Of a stretch of DNA of 64,000 bases, positions 23,583 through 37,314 are shown piece by piece. Both the position numbers and the translations under genes were made by a program. The stretch is from contig NIVC01003969.1 of NCBI GenBank assembly GCA_002269645.1, positions 3,285 through 67,284 of the forward strand. The letters run 5' to 3'. Position 1 is the stretch's first letter. Each line of letters opens with the position of its first letter. The stretch is from Macrostomum lignano. Taxonomy: Eukaryota. The notes beneath the pieces were generated by a model. That model ran no database searches. It was not told the origin of the DNA and saw only the letters and a program-made list of their open reading frames with translations.

Positions 23583-26500
23583 TTAGAGCCGGTAAACTTC
23601 TACAGTTCTCCAGTAAACACCTGTCTTGCTGGCCTTCTCGTATCTCCGAACTGCTGGCCACACTGAAGTGACATTAAACAGCAGTTGATTTTTCCACCGG
23701 CCTTGTGCAGCAATCAGTCGCACGGAAGCAGATTGAATCAGGCCGTGATGTTGCAGTCCAACCGTGTACTCATTTGGTTGCAATCCGGCTCTGATTGCCG
23801 TAGCGTTGGGTTCGCCAGTTACATTGGAGACTATACTTGAGCAGGCTTCGCTTCGAGTAGTGTAGACAGCTCTTAGTTCTGGCCATCGACGGAGTTGCTG
23901 GCAGAGGCCGAGCATTACGTCCGGGTTTCTCAGCGTAGATGAGAAATACTCCCACGGCAGCAGGTACACGCTTCGCTCCGGTTGGTACCTGTCTGCTCCT
24001 GGCTGCTTTCTCTGTTGTTGCTTTCTCTGCCACAGCAGGTGACATTCGGTTGGGAAGCTCCCGTCTAAGCTGAGATCTGCAATTGTTGGTAGAGCAGGCT
24101 TGGTAAACGCTAACAATAATATTGTACTCGTATTTCACAGTGTGTGAGTTGGTATCCTTCGCATCTCCATAAGTGCAGATAATAAAGTGGATGTCGGCTT
24201 CAGGGCCGAGAATGGAGACCGTAGTGAAGCTCCGGAACTTAACTTGATCATTCATTGTTGACACGAGATCCAATTTTAATTATCCCCGCAATTGAAGCAA
24301 GTATCTCACGCCTTAACAACGAAACCATTTTGCTTATTCCGTCTCGATTTAAAATCTTGAAGACAGGGCGTGCTACGTCTCTGCCTGGTTTAAACACTGT
24401 GCCTTGCGAGAGAATTGATCTAGATTAATGTTGCTTTAGCTACTGGGTCGGATGTTGCCATTTACTTCGTCAGGCTTTCAACTTACGAGGGTACTGGGAC
24501 TAGATCTAGATAAATACATATGCGAGTTATTTTTAATATCACCTTAATTTAGACAACCCTTGACAATTTCGTGGCAGAAGCTCGAAATTAATTAATGCAA
24601 CCGTGCACTAGAAATCGAACCACGAGGGCGACGGCGCTACAGTCAGGTTCGTTAAACGCTTTAATTGCTCTGCCAAGTCTCCTCTTCCTGTCTCTCTATT
24701 ATTACCTTGTCCAATGGACTCCCTTCTCTGCATAACGTCGATGGCGTGTCGGAACCAGGCACTTCCCGGCGCAGCTCCCATAGCCGCCGGGCTCAGTTTG
24801 AACTGAGCATTCTCAAGGATGCGATGGTTCTCTGGTCGTTCCAACGCCAAGAAGATGACGGAGTTTGCAGCTTCCAGTGCGATGTCGAGTGGCTTCAGGC
24901 ACTCCACTGTAGTGTCCAAGAAGACACCTGCGAGGTGTGATGGGAAGAGGCTGATTTGGGGATTCTGCCATGGATGTACAGCCATGACTACTATCTGCAA
25001 ATTTGTCTGCTATCTATCTGATACAGCTAAATTATAGCACGCATCTATCTGCCCCAATCCAACGCTAACTACTCCCACTCCAACCCCATCTAACTACCCC
25101 GCTCCAACCCCATCTAACTACCCCACTCCAACCCCATCTAACTACCCCACTCCAACCCCATCTAACTACCCCACTCCAACCCCATCTAACTACCCCGCTC
25201 CAACCCTATCTAACTACCCCGCTCCAACCCCATCTAACTACCCCACTCCAACCCCATCTAACTACCCCACTCCAACCCCATCTAACTAACCCACTCCAAC
25301 CCCATCTAACTACCCCACTCCAACTCCATCTAACTACCCCGCTCCAACTCCATCTAACTACCCCACTCCAACCCCATCTAACTACCCCACTCCAACCCCA
25401 CCAGCCAGACTCACCCCCGAACCGATGCAGCACAGGATACTTGGCCATAGCCAGCCTCTCAGCCTGACTAACAGTGCCAGATGAGTAGAGTTTGAGCAGC
25501 TCCGGCCACTCTTTGAGCAGCAACAGGCGAACATCGGCCTCAGTCCAGAGGTGCACAGTCCATCCGGGATTCAGTGCGATGCAGCTGTTCATCAGCGGCG
25601 CCAACGCGGCCGGCAGCAGCTCAGACCTGCTGGCAAAGTGCAGCAATTTCGGGATAGTTGAGTCTGACTGGCCTAAGCCTGAGATGGCGAGGTAGAGCTG
25701 CTGTATGCCGCCGCTTTGCTCCATCGCGATGAGCAGCGCTGCGATCACTAGCACCTGAGTGAGCGGTTTAGAGTTCGTTAGCTGGGGTTTGGATGGCCTG
25801 TGATCACAGGGGTGATTTCCTAGAATAGATAGCTGTGATCTCAGAGTGATTTTCTAGAATAGATACCCTGTGATCTCAGGGGTGATTTCCTAGAATAGGG
25901 ACCCTGTGATCTCAGGTGTGATTTCCTAGAATAGATACCCTGTGATCTCAGGGGTGATTTCCTAGAATAGATACCCTGCGATCTCCAGGTGATTTCCTAA
26001 AATAGATACCCTGTCCCTAGAATAGCTACCCTGTGATCTCAGGTGATTTCCTAGAATAGGGACCCTGTGATCTCAGGTGTGATTTCTTAGAATAGGGACC
26101 CTGTGATCTCAGGTGTGATTTCCTAGAATAGATACCCTGCGATCTCAGGGTGATTTCCTAGAATAGATACGCTGCGATCTCAGGGTGATTTCCTAGAATA
26201 GATACCCTGTGATCTCAGGGTGATTTCCTAGAATAGATACCCTGTGATCTCAGAGTGATTTCCTAGAATAGATACCCTGCGATCTCAGGTGATTTCCTAG
26301 AATAGATACCCTGTGATCTCAGAGTGATTTCCTAGAATAGAGACCCTGTGATCTCAGGGGTGAGTCAGGTGATTTCCTAGAATAAATACCCTGAGATCTT
26401 AGGGTGATTTCCTAGAATAGATACCACGAAATCTCAGAGTGATTTCCTAGAGTAGATACCTGTGATCTCAGTGTGATTTCCTAGAGTAGATACCTGTGAT

Positions 26501-29500
26501 CTCAGGTGATTTCTTAGAGTAGATACCTGTGATCTCAGGTGATTTCTTAGAGTAGATACCTGTGATCTCAGGTGATTTCCTAGAGTAGATACCTGTGATC
26601 TCAGGTGATTTCCTAGAGTAGATACCTGTTATCTCAGGTGATTTCCTAGAGTAGATACCTGTGATCTCAGGTGATTTCCTAGAGTAGGTACCTGTGATCT
26701 CAGGTGATTTCCTAGAGTAGGTACCTGTGATCTCAGGTGATTTCCTAGAGTAGGTACCTGTGATCTCAGGGTGATTTTCTAGAGTAGATACCTGTGATCT
26801 CAGGGTGATTTCCTAGAGTAGATACCTGTGATCTCAGATGATTTCCTAAAATAAACACCCTGTGATCTCAGATGATTTCCTAAAATAAACACCCTGTGAT
26901 CTCAGATGCTTTCCTAAAATAAACACCCTGTGATCTCTGGTACTGAGCAAGCTCACACACGCATAAACACCTGTCTCACCATCAATAGCAAAGATAGCAG
27001 AAGTCTTTGTCCAATCCGTGTTTTTGAAAGGCAAAATTTCATGCTGTATTGAATGACAAGAAAATGTTAGTCTTGCTTTAAAGGTCCAAATCGTAGCCAT
27101 ATAAAAGGGTCATCCATGTATGAATAAAACCGTGTATAGGACTTTCCGTGCATAAGCACTGCAGCTTACGTTTTTACCATAGACAACTAAGGGATCTGCA
27201 GTAACCAATCGGTGCGAACGATGGCTTCGCGGGACAAAGTTGCATCCCCAAATTTAAGGCAGACGAGCAATCCATGGTTTTATTCATCCATGGGGTCATC
27301 CGAAAAGTTTCAGCAATCGGATGATTTTGTGCCATAGACAACTCGTGTGATTAGGAGCAGTCGCAAACTTCTGTTCTCTAGAGAAAATTTTGTGAGATCA
27401 CAGAGATAGCTCGTATATACCCTGTGATCTCAGGTGATTTCCTAGAATAGATGCCTGTGATCTCAGGTGATTTCCTAGAATAAATACCCTGAGATCTCAG
27501 GTGATTTCCTAGAATAGATACCCTGTGATCTCAGTGTGATTTCCTAGAATAGATGCCTGTGATCTCAGGGTGATTTCCTAGAATAGATACCCTGTGATCT
27601 CAGTGTGATTTCCTAGAATAGATGCCTGTGATCTCAGGGTGATTTCCTAGAATAGATACCCTGTGATCTCAGTGTGATTTCCTAGAATAGATACCCTGTG
27701 ATCTCAGTGTGATTTCCTAGAATAGATGCCTGTGATCTCAGGGTGATTTCCTAGAATAGATACCCTGTGATCTCAGGTGATTTCCTAGAATAAATACCCT
27801 GAGATCTTTAGGGGGATTTCCTAGAATAGATACCCTGAGATCTCAAGGTGATTTCCTAGAATAGATACCCTGAGATCTCAGGGTGATTTCCTAGAATAGA
27901 TACCTGTTATCTCAAGGTGATTTCCTAGAATAGATGCCCTGAGATCTCAGGTGATTTCCTAGATTAGATACCATGTGATCTCAGGGGTGATTTCCTAGAA
28001 TAGATACCTGTTATCTCAGGTGATTTCCTAGATTAGATACCTGTTATCTCAGCTATGACAAGTAAACATGCTTACACGCACACGCACAATAACCGAGCCT
28101 TTCTCACCGTCAAAAACAAAGACAACAGACGTCTTTGTCCAATCCTTGTTTTTGTAAGGCAAAAATTGCAAAACTTAAAAAAGTTTTTCATGCTTTTGTG
28201 GATGGCAACAAAACTGTGTTAAAGTCTTGCATTGGGCTTGGCTCTGTAGCCATATATTGCAATATATATCATATTGCTAAGCGACAGAGAATTTCTACCC
28301 AGGTTATAACCGGTGCAGGTGAGGTTCATTATGTACTGTACAGGCTCTGGAATTGCGCAGTTCGGCGCACTGACGAATGAAATATCTGGGGTGGCTGGTA
28401 GCTATAAATATTTAGTTGCCAATCATTCTCTTCTTATACTGGTAACTTGGCAACTTGGCTCAAGCATTATTTTCAATTCTAATTAGTGCCGGGCTTCACC
28501 TGCTGTTTCAAGTCACTAGCGTATGCTAAAACCGAGTTTGCATATTTGTGGTATTAAAGCACATGAGTCTGAAATCCCGATTTGAGTCTGAATCTCAAAT
28601 CCCAATTTGAGTCTGAATCACAATTTGAGTCTAAATCCCTATTTGTAGGGCCTCAAATCCTAATTTGAGTCTGAATCCCAATTTGTAGGGCCTCAAATCC
28701 CAATTTGAGTATCAAATCCCAATTTGAGTATCAAATCCCAATTTGAGTTTGAATCCCTATTTGGGTGGAGAATCCCAATTTGAGTATCAAATCCCAATTT
28801 GAGTATCAAATCCCAATTTGAGTATCAAATCCCAATTTGAGTATCAAATCCCAATTTGAGTATCAAATCCCAATTTGAGTTTGAATCCCTATTTGGGTGG
28901 AGAATCCCAATTTGAGTATCAAATCCCAATTTGAGTATCAAATCCCAATTTGAGTATCAAATCCCAATTTGGGTATCAAATCCCAATTTGAGCACCTATC
29001 AAATCCCAATTTGAGTATCAAATCCCCATTTGAGTATCAAATCCCAATTTTAGTATCAAATCCCAATTTGGGTATCAAATCCCAATTTGAGCACCTATCA
29101 AATCCCAATTTGAGTATCAAATCCCAATTTGAGTATCAAATCCCAATTTGAGTATCAAATCCCAATTTGAGTTTGAATCCCTATTTGGGTGGAGAATCCC
29201 AATTTGAGTATCAAATCCCAATTTGGGTATCAAATCCCAATTTGAGCACCTATCAAATCCCAATTTGAGTATCGAATCCCAATTTGAGTATCAAATCCCA
29301 ATCTGAGTATCGAATCCCAATTTGAGTATCGAATCCCAATTTGAGTATCAAATCTCAATTTGAGTTTGAATCCCTATTTGAGTATCAAATCCCAATTTGA
29401 GTATCAAATCCCAATTTGTAGGGCCTCAAATCCCAATTTGAGTATCAAATCCCAATTTGAGTATCAAATCCCAATTTGAGTTTGAATCCCTATTTGGGTG

Positions 29501-30749
29501 GAGAATCCCAATTTGAGTATCAAATCCCAATTTGAGTATCAAATCCCAATTTGAGTATCAAATCCCAATTTGAGTATCAAATCCCAATTTGAGTATCAAA
29601 TCCCAATTTGAGTATCAAATCCCAATTTGAGTATCAAATCCCAATTTGAGTATCAAATCCCAATTTGAGTATCAAATCCCAATTTGAGTATCAAATCCCA
29701 ATTTGAGTATCAAATCCCAATTTGAGTATCAAATCCCAATTTGAGTATCAAATCCCAATTTGAGTATCAAATCCCAATTTGAGCACCTATCAAATCCCAA
29801 TTTGAGTATCGAATCCCAATTTGAGTATCAAATCCCAATCTGAGTATCAAATCCCAATTTGAGTATCAAATCTCAATTTGAGTTTGAATCCCTATTTGAG
29901 TATCAAATCCCAATTTGAGTATCAAATCCCAATTTGTAGGGCCTCAAATCCCAATTTGAGTATCAAATCCCAATTTGGGTATCAAATCCCAATTTGAGCA
30001 CCTATCAAATCCCAATTTGAGTATCGAATCCCAATTTGAGTATCAAATCCCAATTTGTAGGGCCTCAAATCCCAATTTGAGTATCGAATCCCAATTTGAG
30101 TATCAAATCCCAATTTGTAGGGCCTCAAATCCCAATTTGAGTATCAAATCCCAATTTGAGTATCAAATCCCAATTTGAGTATCAAATCCCAATTTGAGTC
30201 TGAATCCCAATTTGAGTATCGAATCCCAATTTGAGTATCGAATCCCAATTTGAGTATCAAATCCCAATTTGAGTTTGAATCCCTATTTGGGTGGAGAATC
30301 CCAATTTGAGTATCAAATCCCAATTTGAGTTTGAATGCCTATTTGGGTGGAGAATCCCAATTTGAGTATCGAATCCCAATTCGAGTATCAAATCCCAATT
30401 TGAGTATCAAATCCCAATTTGAGTATCAAAACCCAATTTGAGTATCAAATCCCAATTTGAGTCTGAATCACAATTTGAGTCTGAATCCCAATTTGAGTCT
30501 GAATCCCAATTTGGGTGAAAAATCTCAATTTAAGTATCGAATCCTTAAGACCAAACCCAAGCTTCTGAACTCTATAGCCTTTCTCAACCTTCTCTTCCTT
30601 CGCCTGACTCATCCAACTCTGTGAATGTTCAACATCAATCCTGCTGGATAAACGCGCAGAAACCTCCTCACCAACGAGCCGGTCGCAATGAAGGCAGTCA
30701 GCTGCCGCCGTCTCCAGCTGCCCCGAGGAACAACGAATTTGGCGCTCAT
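23583..30749 (-). CDS. GT32 (Gly_transf_sug / SUR1-OCH1-like) type II membrane glycosyltransferase-like protein, complement(join(23583..24076,24706..24927,25415..25754,30672..30749)), 377 aa
   Basis: Exon 1 [26 protein letters not shown] (GTGAGG donor) joins [11 protein letters not shown] to give a basic tail plus TM helix. Then [40 protein letters not shown]|[39 protein letters not shown]. All introns are GT-AG and in phase; 1134 nt total. Confidence 0.8.
25070..25400. repeat. 24-bp G-rich (minus strand) minisatellite in GT32 intron 2
   Basis: (CCCCACTCCAACCCCATCTAACTA)n, about 14 copies. Confidence 0.95.
25810..28050. repeat. About 31-33-bp minisatellite (GTGATTTCCTAGAATAGATACCCTGTGATCTCAGG)n in two blocks (25810-26935, 27415-28050)
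   Basis: Same unit in both blocks; each block is followed by a homologous unique cassette. Confidence 0.95.
28570..30530. repeat. 19-bp minisatellite (TATCAAATCCCAATTTGAG)n, about 2 kb, in GT32 intron 1
   Basis: Period 19 checked at 28801/28820; variant units recur. Confidence 0.97.
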
Positions 30750-31249
30750 ATTGATAAAATTTTTTTGCACAGCATGTAGTCTGAGTCTCTGCTCTACCCA
30801 TAGTTGGTTTTGAGCTCCCGCGGAGCGGATTAAAAAGAATCAGGGTCCTCCTGGTGTTGCCTGCCTGGGGTTGTTGCAAATTCTTCAAGTGGGAAGCATT
30901 AACTATAATCCTTTCCTGTCTTACCTCTCCTTGGGGGGTAGGGGGGGGGGTTGCATTTTATTACTTCCTCTCTGTTGAAAATAACAATGTTCAGATTTTT
31001 GCTGAGCTGTTCTGCGGCTCTGCAGGGCAGCATCTGCTCCCTATAGGTACCTCAGCTACAGTCACGCATGCAGACTGCAAATTCTCCTTTTCTACTGTTG
31101 AGACAGAAAAAACGATTTTTGCAAGTATTTTAACGTAAATTTTACATGAAATATTACTTTTTGCTATTCAAAAGGATCGCAAATAAAAAGTTCTTGGCCT
31201 GTCACGTGGCAAAATGTATTATCGATTAACATTCTAAATCGGAAATCAC

Positions 31250-33060
31250 GTTACCAAGTAAATAAACAGAGAAAAGCTACAAAGTTTAAAAATCACGGGA
31301 CCAAGTAAATGAACGGATAAGAGTTCCAAAGTTTTAAGATCACGTGACCAAGTAAATAAACAGAGAAAAGCTCCAAAGTTTAAAAATCACGGGACCAAGT
31401 AAATAAACAGAGAAGAGTTCCAAAGTTTTAAGATCACGTGACCCAGTAAATAAACAGAGAAGAGTTCGAAAGTTTTAAAATCACGTGACCAAGTAAATAA
31501 ACAGAGAAGAGTTCCAAAGTTTTAAGATCACGTGACCAAGTAAATAAACAGAGAAGAGTTCCAAAGTTTTAAGATCACGTGACCAAGTAAATAAACAGAG
31601 AAGAGTTCCAAAGTTTTAAGATCACGTGACCCAGTAAATAAACAGAGAAGAGTTCCAAAGTTTTAAGATCACGGGACCTAGTAAATAAACAGAGAAGAGT
31701 TCCAAAGTTTTAAGATCACGTGACCAAGTAAATAAACAGAGAAAAGCTCCAAAGTTTAAAAATCACGGGACCAAGTAAATGAACAGAGAAGAGTTCCAAA
31801 GTTTTAAGATCACGTGACCTAGTAAATAAACAGAGAAGAGTTCCAAAGTTTTAAGATCACGTGACCCAGTAAATAAACAGAGAAGAGTTCCAAAGTTTTA
31901 AAATCACGTGACCAAGTAAATAAACAGAGAAGAGTTCCAAAGTTTTAAGATCACGTGACCAAGTAAATAAACAGAGAAGAGTTCCAAAGTTTTAAGATCA
32001 CGTGACCAAGTAAATAAACAGAGAAGAGTTCCAAAGTTTTAAGATCACGTGACCCAGTAAATAAACAGAGAAGAGTTCCAAAGTTTTAAGATCACGTGAC
32101 CAAGTAAATAAACAGAGAAAAGCTCCAAAGTTTAAAAATCACGGGACCAAGTAAATGAACGGATAAAAGTTCCTAAGTTTTAAAATCACGTGACCGAGTA
32201 AATAGACGGAGAAAAGCTCCAAAATTTTAAAATCACGTGACCAAGTAAATAAACAGAGAAAAGCTCCAAAGTTTAAAAATCACGGGACCAAGTAAATGAA
32301 CGGATAAAAGTTCCTAAGTTTTAAAATCACGTGACCGAGTAAATAGACGGAGAAAAGCTCCAAAATTTTAAAATCACGTGACCAAGTAAATAAACAGAGA
32401 AAAGCTCCAAAGTTTAAAAATCACGGGACCAAGTAAATGAACGGATAAAAGTTCCTAAGTTTTAAAATCACGTGACCGAGTAAATAGACGGAGAAAAGCT
32501 CCAAAATTTTAAAATCACGTGACCAAGTAAATAAACAGAGAAAAGCTCCAAAGTTTAAAAATCACGGGACCAAGTAAATGAACGGATAAGAGTTCCTAAG
32601 TTTTAAGATCACGTGACCGAGTAAATAGACGGAGAAAAGCTCCAAAGTTTCAAGATCACGTGACCCAGTAAATGAACAGAGAACCAAAATTTTAAGATCA
32701 CGTGACCCAGTAAATGAACAGAAAAGAGTTCCAAAGGTGTTATATCACGTGACCCAATAAATAAACAGAGAAGATTAGATCACGTGACCCAATAAATAAA
32801 CAGAGAAGAGTTCCAAAAGTTTTAAGATCACGTGACCCAGTAAATGAACAGAGAACCAAAATTTTAAGATCACGTGACCCAGTAAATGAACAGAGAAGAG
32901 TTCCAAAGGTGTTATATCACGTGACCCAATAAATAAACAGAGAAGAGTTCCAAAAGTGTAAGATCACGTGACCCAGTAAATAAACAGAGAAGAGTTCCAA
33001 AAGTGTAAGATCACGTGACTCAGTAAATGAACAGAGAAGAGTTCCAAAAGTTTTCAATCA
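31250..33060. repeat. 47-bp satellite carrying TCACGTGA in most units
   Basis: Unit GATCACGTGACCAAGTAAATAAACAGAGAAGAGTTCCAAAGTTTTAA; period 47; about 38 copies. Confidence 0.97.
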
Positions 33061-33576
33061 TGTGACAAGACTGACGGCCTGATGGCTTGTGGATTAACTG
33101 TTGGATTAACAATCCGCGTAAAAATGTTGTGTTTTTGTCTAAGCCATTCTACACTTACCCTTGTATATGTATTGAGCCTCCACATGGTAGCACTTTTGGG
33201 ACTTCGCCAGACAATTTCTCTTATTAATAATAGGTCTAGTAGGTAATACTGTGTTTTCCAGTCTTTTTTATGCGAAGGCAAGACAAAAACAGCTGTTTAA
33301 AGGAAAAGCAGAATGCATTTAATTGCTGAGTTGGGCTAGCACACAGCATGCAGGCATGCGTCCGCACAGGGCCATTATTGCCAAAATAAACCAGCTCTCC
33401 AGGTTCGAGATGATATGCATCTTCAAGGAAACTGATTTGCTGCTCTTCTCGGATCAGCAGGGAATTACTGTGGACTTTATCCGCTTCTTGAGAGCAGAAG
33501 CTGCTTTTAACCCCTCACTTTGCCCCCTTGCCATAACATGCACTCTGAATTCCTTATATGGAAAAGCTGCACTTTT

Positions 33577-33851
<275 letters not shown>

Positions 33852-36374
33852 GTGTTGATTTTGTTTACAACGACACGCGCTATCTTCAAGTCAAAGCACA
33901 AGCATGGGAAAGGCCTTTGCGCCATCCTACGCCAACATATTTATGTCTGCCTGGGAATCCAAAGCTTTAGAAGCTGCTCCGTTTACCCCTCGTTTCTTCA
34001 AGCGCTACATTAACGACATTTTTATGGTTTTCGTCGGCACTGACGACGAACTAAAGGAGATGCACAGGCATCTGAATGAATTCGATAGCGACATCAGACT
34101 CACGATGCAATACAGCAGAGAGAAGATTCACTGAATTCCAGGACTGCTGTGTCAGTCTGACTGACGCAGGCAACAACAAGAAGAGACTTTTGTGCTCAAT
34201 CTACTTCAAATCCATCGATTCACGCCAGCTCTTACATCCGGGATCTTTTCACCCTGAAAAGCACACTTTCAAAGGTATACTGAAATCTCAGTTCCTCCGT
34301 TACGCTCACCGTTGCTAATTTAAAGAAGACTTCGATGAGGCCAGCAGCAGCTTAACAAGCATCCTGAAGAAACAAGGATACTCTGTCTGCTTAATCAGGG
34401 ATGCTAAGAAATCTGCTCTCATCCAGGTAGGCCTCTACATAGAGCACGGGAACTTTGGCCCAGTTTGTTTGATGTTGAACGAGGGTGGGAACCAGTGCTA
34501 CCCGCGGATCAGCCCAGGGAAGGGCTCTGCCGCTAGAGTTAAGGGGCTAATCTACCAGGGGCATATAAGCCCGAGTAGCCCAGATTTGGACCAGGACTCA
34601 AGGCCTGGTGAGAGAGCCTTATTGAGCGCTACTCACCCAAGCCTATGAACTAAGACACCGCCAACCCAACTGTGGAATCAGGGGACGGTGCAAGGACCGA
34701 ATCCACCCAAGCCACCACCAACGACAAAACCCGAGTGTGCGCGAAAAGTTTTGGAAGTTTTTCGAAAAGCGATCCGAGAGTGGGAAAACCCAAAGTCTGC
34801 GGAAAGAATGCTTTAGATTGGAGCGAGACTGGGCAGCTTATTGCGATGGGCGAGTCTCCTGTCAGGTAGGCCACGACCCAAATAACCACCTATAGGGCTG
34901 CCAGCCACAAGGCTTTTTCACCATCCAGCTCTAAGAGATTTTGGAATTACTTAGTAGCAGTCCGAGAGCGGAAAGACTCGAGTCTACGGGAAAAGGCTAA
35001 TTTATTGGAGCGAGACTGGGAAGCTTATTGCGATGGGAGAGTCTCCTGTCAGGTAGGCCACGACCCAAATAACCACCTATAGGGCTGCCAGCCACAAGGC
35101 TTTTTCACCATCCAGCTCTAAGAGATTTTGGAATTACTTAGTAGCAGTCCGAGAGCGGAAAGACTCGAGTCTACGGGAAAAGGCTAATTTATTGGAGCGA
35201 GACTGGGCAGCTTATTGCGATGGGAGAGTCTCCTATCAGGTAGGCAACCGCATAATCCTCCTATAGGGCTGCGAGCTTCAAGGCTTTTTCGCTATCCAGC
35301 TATCTGGGGAAAGCCGGTTTTCCCCGAGTCGGGACGAACTCATTCCCCAGGACTCCAATTCACTGTCAGAGATGAGAGCCGAGACACAAAAGCAGGGAGA
35401 CAACCAGAGGAGCCAGCAGATGGACCGAGGGAGCAGGTGGAAACACTGAGGCGAGACTTTCACTCCCAATGATTGGGTGGCTCAAGTGCCAAGATAAAAC
35501 CAAGGGCTAAAACATGGGGACTAAAACTGAAGGAGGATCACACAACCTCAGGGGCTCAGCCTCAGGGCTGGCATCAACTGGGCTCTACCGTAAACTTTTG
35601 TGAATGGTCGTCTTTCCTGCAGGGCGGGTGCGACCGAGGGGCTGAAGTCCCGATCTAGCCACACTGCAGTCAAGATCTCCAACTCACTCCAGGTACACCT
35701 CCCCCCCCCTAAACCAAGGCAGGGCCGAAAAATTAGAAAAGAATTCAGGGTCTATTTTTAGATGTGTACATCGCCTCCGGTGAGGGCACATTTATGATTG
35801 GGCTACCCGATAGATAGGCCAATTAGATTGCGGCACAACCCGAGAAATGCCGCCAGAAGGCAGCCAGGATAAAAACAGTCAGATACCGTCTTTACGGTCT
35901 ACCGGCCAAGTTTTTTTAGGGTCGTCCAGTGCAACAAAAATGATTTACAAAATTTGTCAAAAAGTTCGCTGTAACTCCAGGAATGTGGTGTATGCCATTC
36001 TGTGCAAGACTTGCAATGACCGCTGTATCTACGTAGGTGAGACTGGAGGCGCTCTCAAAGTCAGACTTCAGGCTCACTTGAGCGACATCAGACTGGCTAA
36101 GGACACCCCAATCTCCAGGCACTTTCGGTCACCAAACCACAGTATTCAGGACCTCCGCTTTATGGGTCTGTGGTGCCTCAGTACTGAGTGCCTGGCCACT
36201 AAAGAGGGCGCTCAACGCAGGCGGAGGAATATGGAGCAGAAGCTCATCGCTTTACTACAGACCCAGACTCCGGCAGGCTTAAACACCGTCATCACTGAAA
36301 AAGACGCCTGCATCCCAATAGTGAATTTAATTAAAGAAATTGTAATTGTACTGTGTCTGGTTTCTTTTCGCCTT
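33852..36374 (+). mobile_element. 5'-truncated, decayed Penelope-like retroelement (RT about 33852-34430, GIY-YIG endonuclease about 35930-36300) with about 1.4 kb of other sequence between them
   Basis: RT: FVYNDTRYLQ / MGKAFAPSYANIFM..FFKRYINDIFMVF..LNEFDSDIRLT / IYFKSIDSRQLLHPGSFHP..FKGILKSQFLRY, with frameshifts and a TAA. EN: [62 protein letters not shown]. Confidence 0.9.
34817..35235. repeat. 187-bp tandem repeat, about 2.2 copies, inside the Penelope-like element
   Basis: ATTGGAGCGAGACTGGG starts at 34817, 35004 and 35191. Confidence 0.9.
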
Positions 36375-36707
<333 letters not shown>

Positions 36708-37314
36708 ACTGACTGCAACCAGTTTAGTAACACTTGGCCCCCACTGCAATTATCCTAAGCACGTTACAAGGCAGTAATTAACCACCCACCTTGACTCCGC
36801 TCTCGTCCCAGGACCAACCCAAGAGCGGTGAAACAGGAGTGCGCACCACCCACCAGGATGTCCTCGCCTTTGCAATTACTGTTGTTAACTATTCGCGACC
36901 AGAGAAGCAAGCCCCACCCTTGTCTGCTTCCGAAAGCGCTCCTGTGTCTTCCGTTTGCTAATTGCTGAGCTGGGTTTGATGTTGCGCCTGATCGACTCAG
37001 TTTTATTTTAGTCCCAAGCCCCAGTCTGCAGACTCGTGCTCTTATTCATTTTTGTAATGCCAGTTTTAGGTTTGTCTCTTTATGTAATCCGTGTCAGGTT
37101 ACTTTTTACACTGGCTTGTCTCCCACTGCCAAGCTGTTTCATCTGCCTCAAATGTGCATGGCACGGCAGTAACCTTGCAGTGCACTTAAGCCGAGGAGGC
37201 TCTTGTCGGTCTGCGAATCCCTGCCTGCCTCCTCTCTTATCTCTGTTCTCCCTCGATTGCACTTCGATCTCATTTTCTGTGGCTCCGGTTCCTTTCACGT
37301 TCTTAACCATATTA

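Noticed and set aside
30445-30888. 147-aa minus-strand ORF, and the full extents of ORFs 24608-25000, 23583-24116 and 25206-25754
   Set aside because: The true coding parts are GT32 exons defined by splice sites (exon 1 is in another frame); the rest is intron or satellite.
33240-33515. About 90-codon open frame on the minus strand next to the (ATCT)n run
   Set aside because: No start or splice context and no recognisable homology.
34125-34325. Selenocysteine or other readthrough in the PLE RT
   Set aside because: The lesions are a 4-bp insertion containing TGA, frameshifts and a TAA, which fits decay.
36785-36850. Possible hammerhead or twister ribozyme downstream of the Penelope-like element (CCGCTCT/AGAGCGG stem followed by TGAAAC; CCCAAG)
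   Set aside because: No CTGATGA core before the stem and no complete twister P1/pseudoknot pattern. An Infernal search would settle it.
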